A stretch of DNA of 64,000 bases from Vitrella brassicaformis CCMP3155 (Eukaryota; Protista; Chromerida). Position 1 is the first letter of the stretch; the number at the start of each line of letters is the position of its first letter. Shown here piece after piece: positions 1 through 10,800 of the stretch. Location: assembly GCA_001179505.1 (NCBI GenBank), contig CDMY01000445.1, positions 1 to 64,000 on the forward strand. Direction: 5' to 3'. The notes under the pieces were generated by a model that saw only the letters and a list, made by a program, of their open reading frames with translations, searched no databases and had not been told where the DNA came from. The position numbers and the translations under genes are program-made.

Positions 1-189
1 ATCACCGAAGTGAGATCTGTGTTGACCACCCTTCATGATGCCATACATGGACAGAAACAACTTTGGCTGACTGGCCAGGCCATCGGTCTTATTAAAGTAA
101 AAGCACTCTTACTCTGGGACTTACCGCCCAGCAGATCCTCTATTCAGCTAACTACAGGAAAGGTCCTCACCGGCCTTTTTTCGCACACT

Positions 190-2190
190 ATGGTAGCTCG
201 GGGACATCAGAAACGACGAGGTTGCGCCACTACCAAAGGAGGATGCATCGGGGTTCAGCTGCTCATGGGTGTGTTGTGCGCAAGGAAAGCAACCACTCTC
301 GAATCAGCGTCGCTTTCACATCGCCTCCCTCTCTTCATACGACCGAAGACCTCGCCCATCTGGCGTCCGTCATCTCGCTTCAGCAGAATGGCGCTCACAC
401 GACGAACAAAGCCTACGCGGCCTCGCTTATTCGACCTCGCAAGCCACGACGATGACGCATCCACATCGACATCCAAAGATCCTCAATTGCCGCTGCAGGC
501 GGAAGGTGCGCTCGAGTCTTTGCGTGCCCAGCCTTCCCAGAAAGACCGTTTTCTTCATCTGGTGAGGCTCGGTGACGAGCTCACGCGTCGCAACCAGCAG
601 CCTGGAGGACTTCCTGACGGCTTTGAGCAGCGAGCGGAGAAGGTGCCCGGCTGCGTGGCTACTGTCAAGGTGCTGGCGACACTCGATGACGATGCCGTGA
701 AGGTCTATGGCACTGCGGATGCTCGCGTGTCGCAGGGCTTGGTGGCTCTGGTGGCGGAAGCTCTGGAGGGGCTGCCTGCGCCACGAGTGCTGGCTGTCCC
801 GCCTGACGCCTTCGCTGGCTCAACTGCTATGGCGTCCTTTCTGACCCCTGGCCGGCTCAATGGGCTCCGCAGCCTCATCATGACCATCCAGCGACAAATC
901 GCGTCACGCGTGGCAGGTGTTGGAGAAGAACAAGAGAGCGAGACCAGCGCATCTGCAGGCAGCGAAGGTCTCCCCCTCGGCCCCCCTTCGTTTGTGCTCT
1001 CTGAGGCCGCCGGCGAGGTTGCTGTGCTGCTATCCGGCGGCGTTGATTCGTCCGTGGCTGCTCGGCTGCTGGTGGATCGCGGCGAGCGAGTGCGTGCCTT
1101 TTACCTGCGCATATGGCTTGAGGACGAGCTGTCCCATCTGGGCGAGTGTCCGTGGGAAGAGGACCTAAGGTTCGCCCGCGACACGTGCGACCAGCTGAAG
1201 ATCCCCCTCGAGCTGGTGTCGCTGCAAGACTCCTACTGGGACAGTGTGGTGCGCTACACCATCAGTGAGGCGGCAGCGGGCCGCACGCCCAATCCCGATG
1301 TCATGTGCAACACCCGGGTCAAATTCGGGGCCTTCTGCGACGACCACGGCCGGCACTTCAAGAGAGTTGCAACGGGCCACTATGCGCAAGTGAGAAGAGA
1401 CCAGGAGAACGGGCCTGTGCGGCTATTCCGCTCACCTGACCGCATCAAAGACCAAACCTATTTCCTCTGTGGGCTGTCCCAAGAGCAGCTGGCGATGGCC
1501 GACTTCCCAATCGGCACTTTCGACAAGGCCCGAGTGCGTCAGCTTGCCCGAGACTACTCCCTGCCCACAGCCAGCCGCCGCGACTCGCAAGGCATCTGTT
1601 TTCTGGGCAAGCTCCGTTGGGAGGATTTCCTGACCCACTACCTGGGCAAGAATCCCGGTCCGATTGTTGATGTGGCGGGTGGGGAGTTGCTGGGTGAGCA
1701 TCATGGGCTGTGGCTGCACACCGTGGGGCAGCGGAAGGGACTGGGGCCCTACCTGAGAGACAAGATGGTGCACCGGGGGCCCTTCTTCGTGGTCGGCAAA
1801 GACCCAGACACCAACACGCTGCTCGTTACCAATGACTATGACGCCATCGACAGGCCGCGGCAAGAGCTGCAGGTGGAGAGCATTGGGTGGATCGCCGGTA
1901 AACCGCCCGCATCACTGTCGACCGCCGGCGATGCGATTATGGAGGTGCAGCTGCGTCATGGGCCCAAGACACACATGGCTCGGGTGCGGCTGCTGGACGG
2001 GGATGGCGAGTCAGCTGAGGTGCATCTTGAGGAGAAGGACTCGGGCATAGCCCCCGGTCAGTTCGTGGCGTTTTACGCTGGCGACGAGTGTCTCGGCGGG
2101 GGACGCATTAGGGAGACGTGGAAATGGAAATGGGATGGGGTGGGGGGCAGGCAAGAAGCGCCTTCGAGCAATGTGATGCTTCTGCAGTGA
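190..2190 (+). CDS. mnmA: SufE-domain / tRNA 2-thiouridylase MnmA fusion, intronless, with putative organelle-targeting leader
   Basis: Single ORF. SufE-like region (~538-900): KDRFLHLVRLG, KVPGCVATV, ADARVSQGL, LTPGRLNGL. MnmA (~1015-2112): SGGVDSSVAA, PNPDVMCN, ATGHYA, KDQTYFL, DSQGICFLG, TVGQRKGL, PGQFVAFY. Start ATG 190 is a guess; ATG 388 is an alternative. Confidence 0.93.
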   Translation: MVARGHQKRRGCATTKGGCIGVQLLMGVLCARKATTLESASLSHRLPLFIRPKTSPIWRPSSRFSRMALTRRTKPTRPRLFDLASHDDDASTSTSKDPQLPLQAEGALESLRAQPSQKDRFLHLVRLGDELTRRNQQPGGLPDGFEQRAEKVPGCVATVKVLATLDDDAVKVYGTADARVSQGLVALVAEALEGLPAPRVLAVPPDAFAGSTAMASFLTPGRLNGLRSLIMTIQRQIASRVAGVGEEQESETSASAGSEGLPLGPPSFVLSEAAGEVAVLLSGGVDSSVAARLLVDRGERVRAFYLRIWLEDELSHLGECPWEEDLRFARDTCDQLKIPLELVSLQDSYWDSVVRYTISEAAAGRTPNPDVMCNTRVKFGAFCDDHGRHFKRVATGHYAQVRRDQENGPVRLFRSPDRIKDQTYFLCGLSQEQLAMADFPIGTFDKARVRQLARDYSLPTASRRDSQGICFLGKLRWEDFLTHYLGKNPGPIVDVAGGELLGEHHGLWLHTVGQRKGLGPYLRDKMVHRGPFFVVGKDPDTNTLLVTNDYDAIDRPRQELQVESIGWIAGKPPASLSTAGDAIMEVQLRHGPKTHMARVRLLDGDGESAEVHLEEKDSGIAPGQFVAFYAGDECLGGGRIRETWKWKWDGVGGRQEAPSSNVMLLQ

Positions 2191-2485
2191 TGGTGTGTCT
2201 TGTGGTAGTGAGTGTGTACATATGTATTGTGATGAGACTTGGCTCGAATTCTGAAATGGTTGGTTGATCGACCGACCGATCGACATGACATGCGTCTATC
2301 CAGTCGTCAGGCAGCGACAAGGGGCGAGTGAGTGCGGGATGGATATACATGACGGACGGTATACACAGACAGCCACACAGCGAAAAGTCACACGGCGCGC
2401 ATTCATCACCCAAATATACATTCATGTTGATCTGATCATGTTGCCTTGGTGCTCTCGTCGATTGCTACATGCATGTCCCTATCGA

Positions 2486-5400
2486 TCACGTGAGGAAGAT
2501 GGCCTTGCCGGCCCTTCGGAAACCTTCAAGGCGACTGTACAATGCCTGCATTACACAAACGGACACACAGAGAGGCACGCACCCATGATGGGATCATACA
2601 CATTGCATTTCCTGCCGACCTTCCTGTCTGCCGCTTGTTTGAATGCGTTGCCCCACTCGAACCCCAGCTGGGCCTCACGGGACAGCTGGAACACACCCAT
2701 GGCCTGACAGACGCGCGCAGATGGGTGGACCACATCGAGTCTGTGCACATGGGATGGATACGTGTGTCGGTTTGACCGACCTGGAGTGTGATGAGTGCGT
2801 TGTGCAGGTATGGTACACAGCATGCGTCGCCGCACACCAGCTTGTGGCCCTCATACAGACGCTCCCCACTCTTGCGCGACTGACATGCACTCACACACAC
2901 ACGAGCGCGCGCACACACACACAAACACACACAGACACGAAGACACCACCCCATGCGCACAGGTCAGGCGTCGTGTTGTTATTCACCAGCACAGCGAGTT
3001 GTTTGAGGTTAGTGAATCGGAATGAGGCCCTCTTCTGTTCGGTCGCCGTGTGGTGCAGGTTGAGGAGTGTGTACACCGCCAGCCACACCGCCTCCAGGAA
3101 GGGAAACAGCAACGACACACCCACACTCATTATCGGAACACCTGCATCCACACACACACACACACACACACACAGCTGCGTCCATTCATTCCATGGTTGC
3201 GTAGCGCGTTCCCACCTGAAGGGTCGACAGCAAATGTGTCGTCTGTCGGCTGCCGGAGCACGCCGAAGTCCACCATATCGACAAGGGTCTCGTGCAAGTG
3301 CCGCACGCCGCCCCAACCATCCCCTCCGGCCGCTATACACATCTGCCGTGGGTGGTAGAACTGCCGTGCGATGAGAGGCAGCAGCTCCCGCACCCCCCTC
3401 TCGATCGCCGACAGCTCGATGACGCCCCTGCCGCCGTTGTTGCTGGCCAGGAGGGACATGGCTGGGGCGCGCGAGCGCAGACACGACACAACCACCAACA
3501 CGACGATTGCCTGACAAACAGCACAGACATGCACACATTGGTGTGTGTGTGTGTGTGTCGGGTAAGTCTGCCAGGTGCCTACTTGGTTGGCGAAGTGGTG
3601 GAATATCTGATTGCGATACGGCCCCAGCATGAAGAGAGGCGTCGGCACAGCACCACGACGACCGTCTGGGGATCCACTGCCGTTCCCGGGCCTGCAGCGA
3701 ACCTTCCACCCATCCCCCTCACGGACGAGCCACTGCCTCAGCAGCTGGCACACATTGTCGACGGTCTGCTCCCACTGCTGGTGTAGCTCGCCCCGCTCGT
3801 GCTCCCTGATGCCGTCGGCCAGCGTCAGGAAGGACGAATGCAGCCTCGCACCGCGAATCTTGAGCTCAGAGCCCAACCAACTCGACTGATCAGATCATGG
3901 CAGCCCAAACCAAACACCTTTGCGCATCTTTCGGCCCTGTTGGCTGCGTGCCTACCTTGGCGGCCAGCTGAGCGAGCGGGAGGCACGTGGGCTCATGGTC
4001 GGGGGGTGTGGGGGGCAGCGGCGTGTAGGTGGCGGATGTGGCACCGCTACTGGCGAGGCGTGCGGTGAGTGTTCGATGCAGGATGACCGGCACCACCACA
4101 GCAGAGGGCAGCAGCACCTGCCGGTCCTCCAGACAACGAATTGTGTCCTCAGCCACCCCATCCAACACCTACAGGCACGACCAGCCAAGGCGCAATCGGG
4201 TGGGATCGGAATCTCTCCCCTTCCTTGTGCCCCTACTTGTCTCTGTGTAGCTGGCGGCAGTGTTGGCAGTGGTGTGGATGCCTTGGACACTGTGATGCCC
4301 TGCAGACCAGTGATGGTGTCGTCACCGCTGCTGCTGGCGGAGGTGCGTGTGTCGACGAGGGGCATGGTGTCGGTGAGTGCGGGTGCATCCATTGCAGACA
4401 CACCGCCGGACACGTGGAGGGCGTGGTGGTCGCGGATGTAGGCTGAGGCCATCTCCTTGAGGGACAGCATCGGCCCCACATCCACCACCACCCTATGAAT
4501 GTACACAGCACACAGAGGGAGGGGCAATGCCGACATGCACTCGAACATTTGTGGTGTGTGTTTCGATTTACCGGCCGAAGTCTTCTGTGAGGACGTTGGC
4601 GGCTTTCAGGGTCCTTGCCAGGGTCTCGCCGAGCTGATAATCACACACATCAATGCACATACATCGGCTCCCCTCTACTCTGTGTGTGCAGCATAGCTGC
4701 CTACCTTGCTCTCCCCCAGGAACTCTCCCAGGAAGCTGGCGTCCTCCACAATGCGATCGTAGGCAATCGTCACAGGCACCTGCACCACACAGGGGACACA
4801 CCCCGCCCTTGGTGTGGCGGTATGACGACTGGCTGACTGGCTGACTGACTAACCACTTTGATGTCGGGCACCCGGGCCTGGAAGAGCAGCTCCATGGCTA
4901 TCGACAACAAACCCTTCTTGGGCTCCAGCATGAGCCGTGACCTGGACCGGCCGCCCTCAACGAAGAACTCTACCACCCCGTAGTGCCTGTACGAACAAAT
5001 GAATGAACCAAGGAAACACAGACAGTGCACTCAGTTCCGCGCCCCTCCCTCCGCCCCTCCATCCGTCCACTCGTCCACTCGTCCACCGTCCGTCCGTCCT
5101 TACGTGAGTACGTTCTGCATGTAGGTCTTGAAGCACGTAGTGTAGAGCGGCCCCGCACCCCTGAACCGACGCTTCATGAAGAACGCACCTAGCACAACAC
5201 ACATAGCGCATTGCATTCACCACAGACAGACAGACAGGTATGTATGGCCTGACTGACACACCACCCGTGGCTGCCTCTCTACCTACCTGATCCCCTGAGT
5301 ATGTAGCTGACGAGTGGTATTTTGCCGAGGTCCTCTCCGGCCGCGATGAAGGGGATCTTCACGTCCATCACATAACACGCAAACGACACCTGTATGACCG

Positions 5401-6356
5401 CATACACCAACACAGCAACGACAGACACCGGAGTGCATGCGCACGTGTGCGGCTGCTCAGTGTGTGTGTTTGCATACGATGAGGAAGTCGACGTAGGATC
5501 TGTGTGTCGGCAGCAGCAGCAAAGGCCCATCCCGATCCAATCGCCAATGTCTTGGGAATGAACGACACACACAAAGACACTGGTGCCTGCCTTTCGTCGA
5601 TCGTGTGGCTCCCCTCCCTCCCTGCCCACCTGATGGCCTCCCACTGCAACGGGTCCACCTCAATCGACTCGAAGATCTGTGAAAACACCTGATCAGATCA
5701 TGGACACACACACGGGCGCATGGACAAGTAGCACCCACCAGCACAGCTATGTTTTGTGCTGTGCTGCACGTACTGGTTTGAGCATGGCGCCGAAGAAGCG
5801 GATCATGCTGAGGGAGAACGAGGCCGAGATGCGGTGGTTCATGCGGACCACCTCCATTTCAACCGACAAGACGGCCTGCTCAAACTCACTACCCCCCTCC
5901 TTCCCCGACCTCCTGGCCGCCTCGCGAAGGATCTCATCACGAACCTGCATCCAATCGATTGCAGACAGACACCAACCAGCCCGCACACAACACAAAAAGC
6001 TTTCATTGCAAGCAGCTGTAGTCGCTGCGCCGTTGCGATGATTGATGCATCTGCATGCGTTTTGTGTGCACCGACCGACCTGCTCTGCCGACATGGTTGC
6101 CTCGTGCAGATCTTGGTCCGAGGGCGCCTCTGCCAGATGTGCAGGTTTGGCTGCCAGCGCCCATGTGAGTGTGCTGGCGACGGGCACATAGCCATTGGCG
6201 GCTCGGCGACCTGACACACACATCAGATCAGAAGCACACAGAAATGTGAGAATCTGATGCAGCAGCAGACAGTATGCTGGGGGCATTGATCTTCGCATCT
6301 GACTGACCGGCAACGACAATTGTGGTGTCCTGCTTCTCCATAGCGTCATGGTTCAT
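2486..6356 (-). CDS. Glycerol-3-phosphate/dihydroxyacetone-phosphate acyltransferase (GPAT/GNPAT family), multi-exon
   Basis: Acyltransferase motifs on separate exons: PTHRSYVDFLI, FIAAGEDL, FFVEGGRSRS, PIAYDRIVE. Last exon QALYSRLEGFRRAGKAIFLT* has no PTS1. Start 6356 (MNHDAMEKQD) or 6341. Confidence 0.85.
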
Positions 6357-6385
6357 CCATTCCTCACCCTTCCCTTCTTCATGTT

Positions 6386-6395
6386 TGAGCTCGCA
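6386..6395 (-). promoter_or_regulatory. Recurrent upstream motif TGCGAGCTCA (GPAT/Elongin B-like divergent gap)
   Basis: The same 10-mer occurs at 16715, 29800, 41081 and 50348; variants occur at 7663, 24981 and 50367. Confidence 0.55.
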
Positions 6396-6558
6396 CCGTT
6401 TCGTCGTTCTTTTCTCCAGAAGAAGAAGCTGCCGACGAGCATCGGCGTGAAGATCAGTTTCCTTTGTTTCCATCGCGATTACCGCGTCCGAAGCCTCATC
6501 TCCCTCCCGCAGCATCAGCTCGGACGTGTGATCCTGTAGCTGTGTCAGTGGCTGCGTC

Positions 6559-7125
6559 ATGTCTGGTGAGGTGCTGACGAGCCATGACAGCATCCACGTG
6601 CGCATCAAGCGGCGTCGGCAGACGGTCTTCCTCCTCTGCTACCCCACACAGCCGGTCGGCGTGCTGTACCAAAAGGTCGCCACCGTCATGAACAAGGACA
6701 GATCCGACATACGGCTGCTCAAGGCCAACCTGGTAGGGAGCGAAAAACCCACGAAATGCGACGAAATGAATGCATGCTTTGGTTTGCGCGCGCATGTGTG
6801 CATGCGGGTGGAACAGATACTGCAGGAGGAGGCATCTCTTCGGGCCCAGAACATCGGCAATGGCGAGATCATCGGACTGGTCTTCAAAGTGGAAGGTACG
6901 GAGCGCAGACCCTGAGAGCAGAGCCGCATATCTCCCACCTCTGATGGCTGCCTGTGTTGTGCTGTGTGCTTTTTGTCAGGCAAGGAGGAGTTCGAGACGC
7001 CCGAGTACGAGAGCCTTCCCGGCGACGCCGCCCCGACCAACACAGGCGCAGCGGGAACCGACGGTGCCACCGGTGCAGCTCCCCCGGTGGAGCCCGAGGG
7101 CGCTTCTTCCACCGCAGCGTCGTGA
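6559..7125 (+). CDS. Ubiquitin-like protein, Elongin B-like, 3 exons
   Basis: MSGEVLTSHDSIHVRIKRRRQTVFLLC...IRLLKANL|ILQEEASLRAQNI...IIGLVFKVE|GKEEFETPEYESLP. This resembles Elongin B (IRRHKTTIF, VGLAFR) with an unstructured tail. GT-AG introns join in frame. Confidence 0.7.
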
Positions 7126-7830
7126 TCCCATCCCTGCCGAGAAGATGGAATGGAATATGCCCAGCGAGATGTTTTACGTTCCATTGTACAGACCGATCGG
7201 ATGCTGCGAGCAGCTGAGCGCTTTTGAGAGATCGACTGACTTACTGACTGACTTACTGACTGACTGTCGGGAGGGTGAGCTTTGTGTCACCTCCCTCTGC
7301 TGCCGTTTCTGGGTTGTGCATACATACATTCATAGCAGACAGACAGACTGACAGGGATGCTTGAGTGGCGCGTGTCTATTTGATCGTGCTATCTATTTAG
7401 AGCAACGCCTGCGCGGCGGGGGGTGCGATGAGGCGCGCTGATGGCTGCGAGTTGCTTCTCCGCAGGGGGAAGTTTCTCGCCTGCATCGTCGAGTCTTGCA
7501 GTACTTACCGCTGTCGCACGGCGGACGCCATGAGTGGCACAGACAGCACAGATTGAGATGTATCTATCGGCTCAACATCCTTCTTGTATTCACTCATTCG
7601 CCCGTGGCATGCATGTGCATCCATTTCTCCACGACGTTCACTCCCCCGCGTTTCCCTCAGGCTGCGAGCTCGGCACGCAGATCTCCCCCTTTTTTGTCCA
7701 GCAGAGGCTGTCCGAATCGAAGCAGCTGGCTCACTTCACTCCATCTTTGGCAGCTCACAGCGAAGTCTTCCATCCGTCCGCCCGCCCGCGTGAGGCTGCA
7801 GGCTGGATCTCTGAGTGGCGGTTTGCAACC

Positions 7831-10800
7831 ATGGCGGGCAGTGCTTCATCGGCATCTGCTCGCTTTCGCTTTGCAATTGACCGAGGCGGCACCTTCACCG
7901 ACGTCTACGCCGAGATCCCCACTGCCGACGGGCAGACACACTTCGTCAAGACCATGAAGCTGCTGTCCGTCGACCCATCATATGTAAGCATTAAAGCACG
8001 AAAGCAACAGCAGGAAGCCAGACACACACTCACTCTCTACCGATTGCATGAGTCAGTCAGTGTGATCGGTCATACTGTCCCTTGATTCATTGCCTCAGGA
8101 TGACGCACCACTGGAGGCGATTCGGCGCGTTCTGAGGGAGTACGAGCCGCGCAGTGTGTCTGACTCGGGCGAGGTGGACCCGTTGGCCATCGAGTGGATT
8201 CGCATGGGCACGACCGTCGCCACGAATGCACTGCTGGAGAGGAACGGGGAGCGGGTGGCATTCATCACCACAAAGTGAGTGAGCCAAATGTCCCAGGAGG
8301 AACATGGTCACCCACTTGCAATGTGTGAGCGCACCTCTCCTGTCCGTCTGTCTGTCTGTCTGTTTGTTTGTATGTCAGGGGATTTCGTGACTTGCTGCAC
8401 ATCGGCAACCAGAGTCGGCCGGCCATCTTCGACCTGAAGAGCCGCAAGCCGGAGAATCTGTACGAGTGTGTGGTGGAGGTGGACGAGCGGGTGCAGCTCA
8501 TGACCAGGGAGGACGCCGGACAAGCTATCGAGGTACGGACGGGCCGACACACTCAGAGAGAGAGAGAGAGAGCGAGAGAGAGCTGGAGTCGCACAGCCGA
8601 TTGTGTATGTGTGGGCGTGGGTGTGTATGTGTCTGTCGGTTCAGCAGGGCAATGATGACGAGTTGGTCCAGGGCATCACGGGCGAGTACGTCAAAGTCAT
8701 CAAGGTGCGGGAAGGCTGCAAGCCAAGCGAGCCGATTGATCCATGACATGAACCCTTGCACTGCACGGATGTGCTGTGCTGTGCTGTGCTGTCAGGATTT
8801 GGATTTGGACGAGGTGAAGACCAAGCTGACGGAGGTCTACAGCAGAGGCATTCGGTCGCTTGCCGTGGCTTTCCTGCACTCGTACACATACCGAAACCAC
8901 GAACAACAAGCCGCCACCATCGCTAAGTGCGTCGTCAGTCAACACACAACACAACACAAGGACGGCGCACACACCGATCAGCTACCAATCAGCCGACACC
9001 AGCTCTGTGCGTGTCTGCCGCTTCCTCCAGGCAGCTAGGCTTCACCCACGTGACATTGTCCCACGAGCAGTCGTCGGCCAACAAGATTCTGCCCCGCGCC
9101 TACACGGCATGTGCGGACGCATACCTCACACCCACCGTCAAGCAGTACATCGCATCCTTCTCTCAAGGCTTTAGCGTGAGCCGAGCCACCGAGCCAACGA
9201 GCGATGATGTGCACGTGTGGATGAAAGCGATTGTGTGGGCCGATGGATCCATCAGAGTGCCCCCCCGCTGAATTTCATGAAGTCTGATGGCGGCCTGGCA
9301 CCCACAGGGGAGTTCTCAGGCGTACGGGCGGTGCTGTCGGGGCCTGCAGGTCAGCCCAGCAAGGCCTTGGCCACGTGCCGCCACTCTGTGAGTGATAGGT
9401 GTGTGTTGGATTTGGTGCCAGGTGGTGTGGTCGGTTACAGCCGCACGGCGTATCAGCAGAGTGGTGGCACGGCGGTCATCGGCTTTGACATGGGCGGCAC
9501 GTCCACCGACGTGTCGAGGTACAACGGGGATCTGGAACTCATATACGACGGAGAAGCTGCCGGCATCACTCTGCAGGCAACACAAGACAACACAGCACCA
9601 CACATGGCTTGACACAGCACATGACACGTCGATTCGCATCATAGACAGACAGGTGCCGTGCATTGTGGTTGTGTGTGCAGGTGCCCCAGCTGGACATCAA
9701 CACAGTGGCTGCAGGTGGTGGGAGCCGGCTGTTCTTCCGAGGTGGCATGTTCCACGTGGGCCCCGAGTCGGCCAGGGCCTACCCCGGGCCGGTGTGCTAC
9801 CGCAACGGCGGGCCACTCGCCATCACCGACGCACAGGCCGTGTTGGGACGACTTCCACCACACCGATTCCCTCGGTGAGATAGACAGACACCCACACAGT
9901 GCTGGAGGGATGGATGGATGTGTGTGCGTCTTGTGCGTGCAGGATATTTGGTCCGAGCAAGACGGAGGGTCTGGACGTGTCGTTGGCGGCCAAGCAGCTG
10001 TCTGAGCTGACGGAGCAGATCAATGAGTTCAACCAAAGGGAGGGACGAGCCGCCATGACCATGCAGGAGGTAAGCAAGTGACGGAGGCTGCAGATGTGTT
10101 TCATGTCGCATGTGAGGGAGAATGTCGGTTTGTGTGACCTTCTCCCACCATGCAGGTGGCTCTGGGCTTCCTGAAAGTCGCCAACGAAGGTGAAAAGCCA
10201 AGAAGGCGGTGTCCCGGCGTCCGTGTTCTTGTTTGTTTTCCACATCTTGGTTTGTCTGTCGCTTGCTTCTGTCTGTCTGTGTGTCAGCGATGACGCGGCC
10301 CATCCTGTCACTCACGAGGGTATGCATTACACACACGTGGCGATGGCCCAAACACGTCAATAATGCCATTACACACAACCGTGATGTCTCTATCGTGTGT
10401 GTGTGCTGACAGGGCCGCGGCTACAACCCCAGTGAGCATGCGCTGTCGTGTTTTGGCGGGGCGGGGGGGAACCACGCCTGCTCGATGGCCAGGTGGGGGC
10501 CGGGGGAGGCAGATGGGTCCGCCTCTCGTGTTTGGATGGCATCCATCCATCCATCCATCCATCATATATATCGGTGTGTGTGTTGGGTGTCATGTGTGTC
10601 AGGTCGTTGGGTATGCGTCGTGTGTACGTCCACCGCCTCGCTGGTATCCTATCGGCCTACGGGCTGGCACTCGCAGACGTCAAAATCGGTAGGTACACAC
10701 ACACATACACATACACATACACGCAGACGCGCACATGCAGTCAGTCCATCACTCTCGTGTAATTCGATTCGTGTGTGTAGACGAGGCCCAGCCCGTGTTG

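Noticed and set aside
6558-6561. Overlapping start codons (CATG) for GPAT (-) and the Elongin B-like gene (+)
   Set aside because: The open frame reaches 6560, but the shared promoter motif sits at 6386 and downstream ATGs (6356, 6341) precede the first clear donor. The upstream extension is probably not translated.
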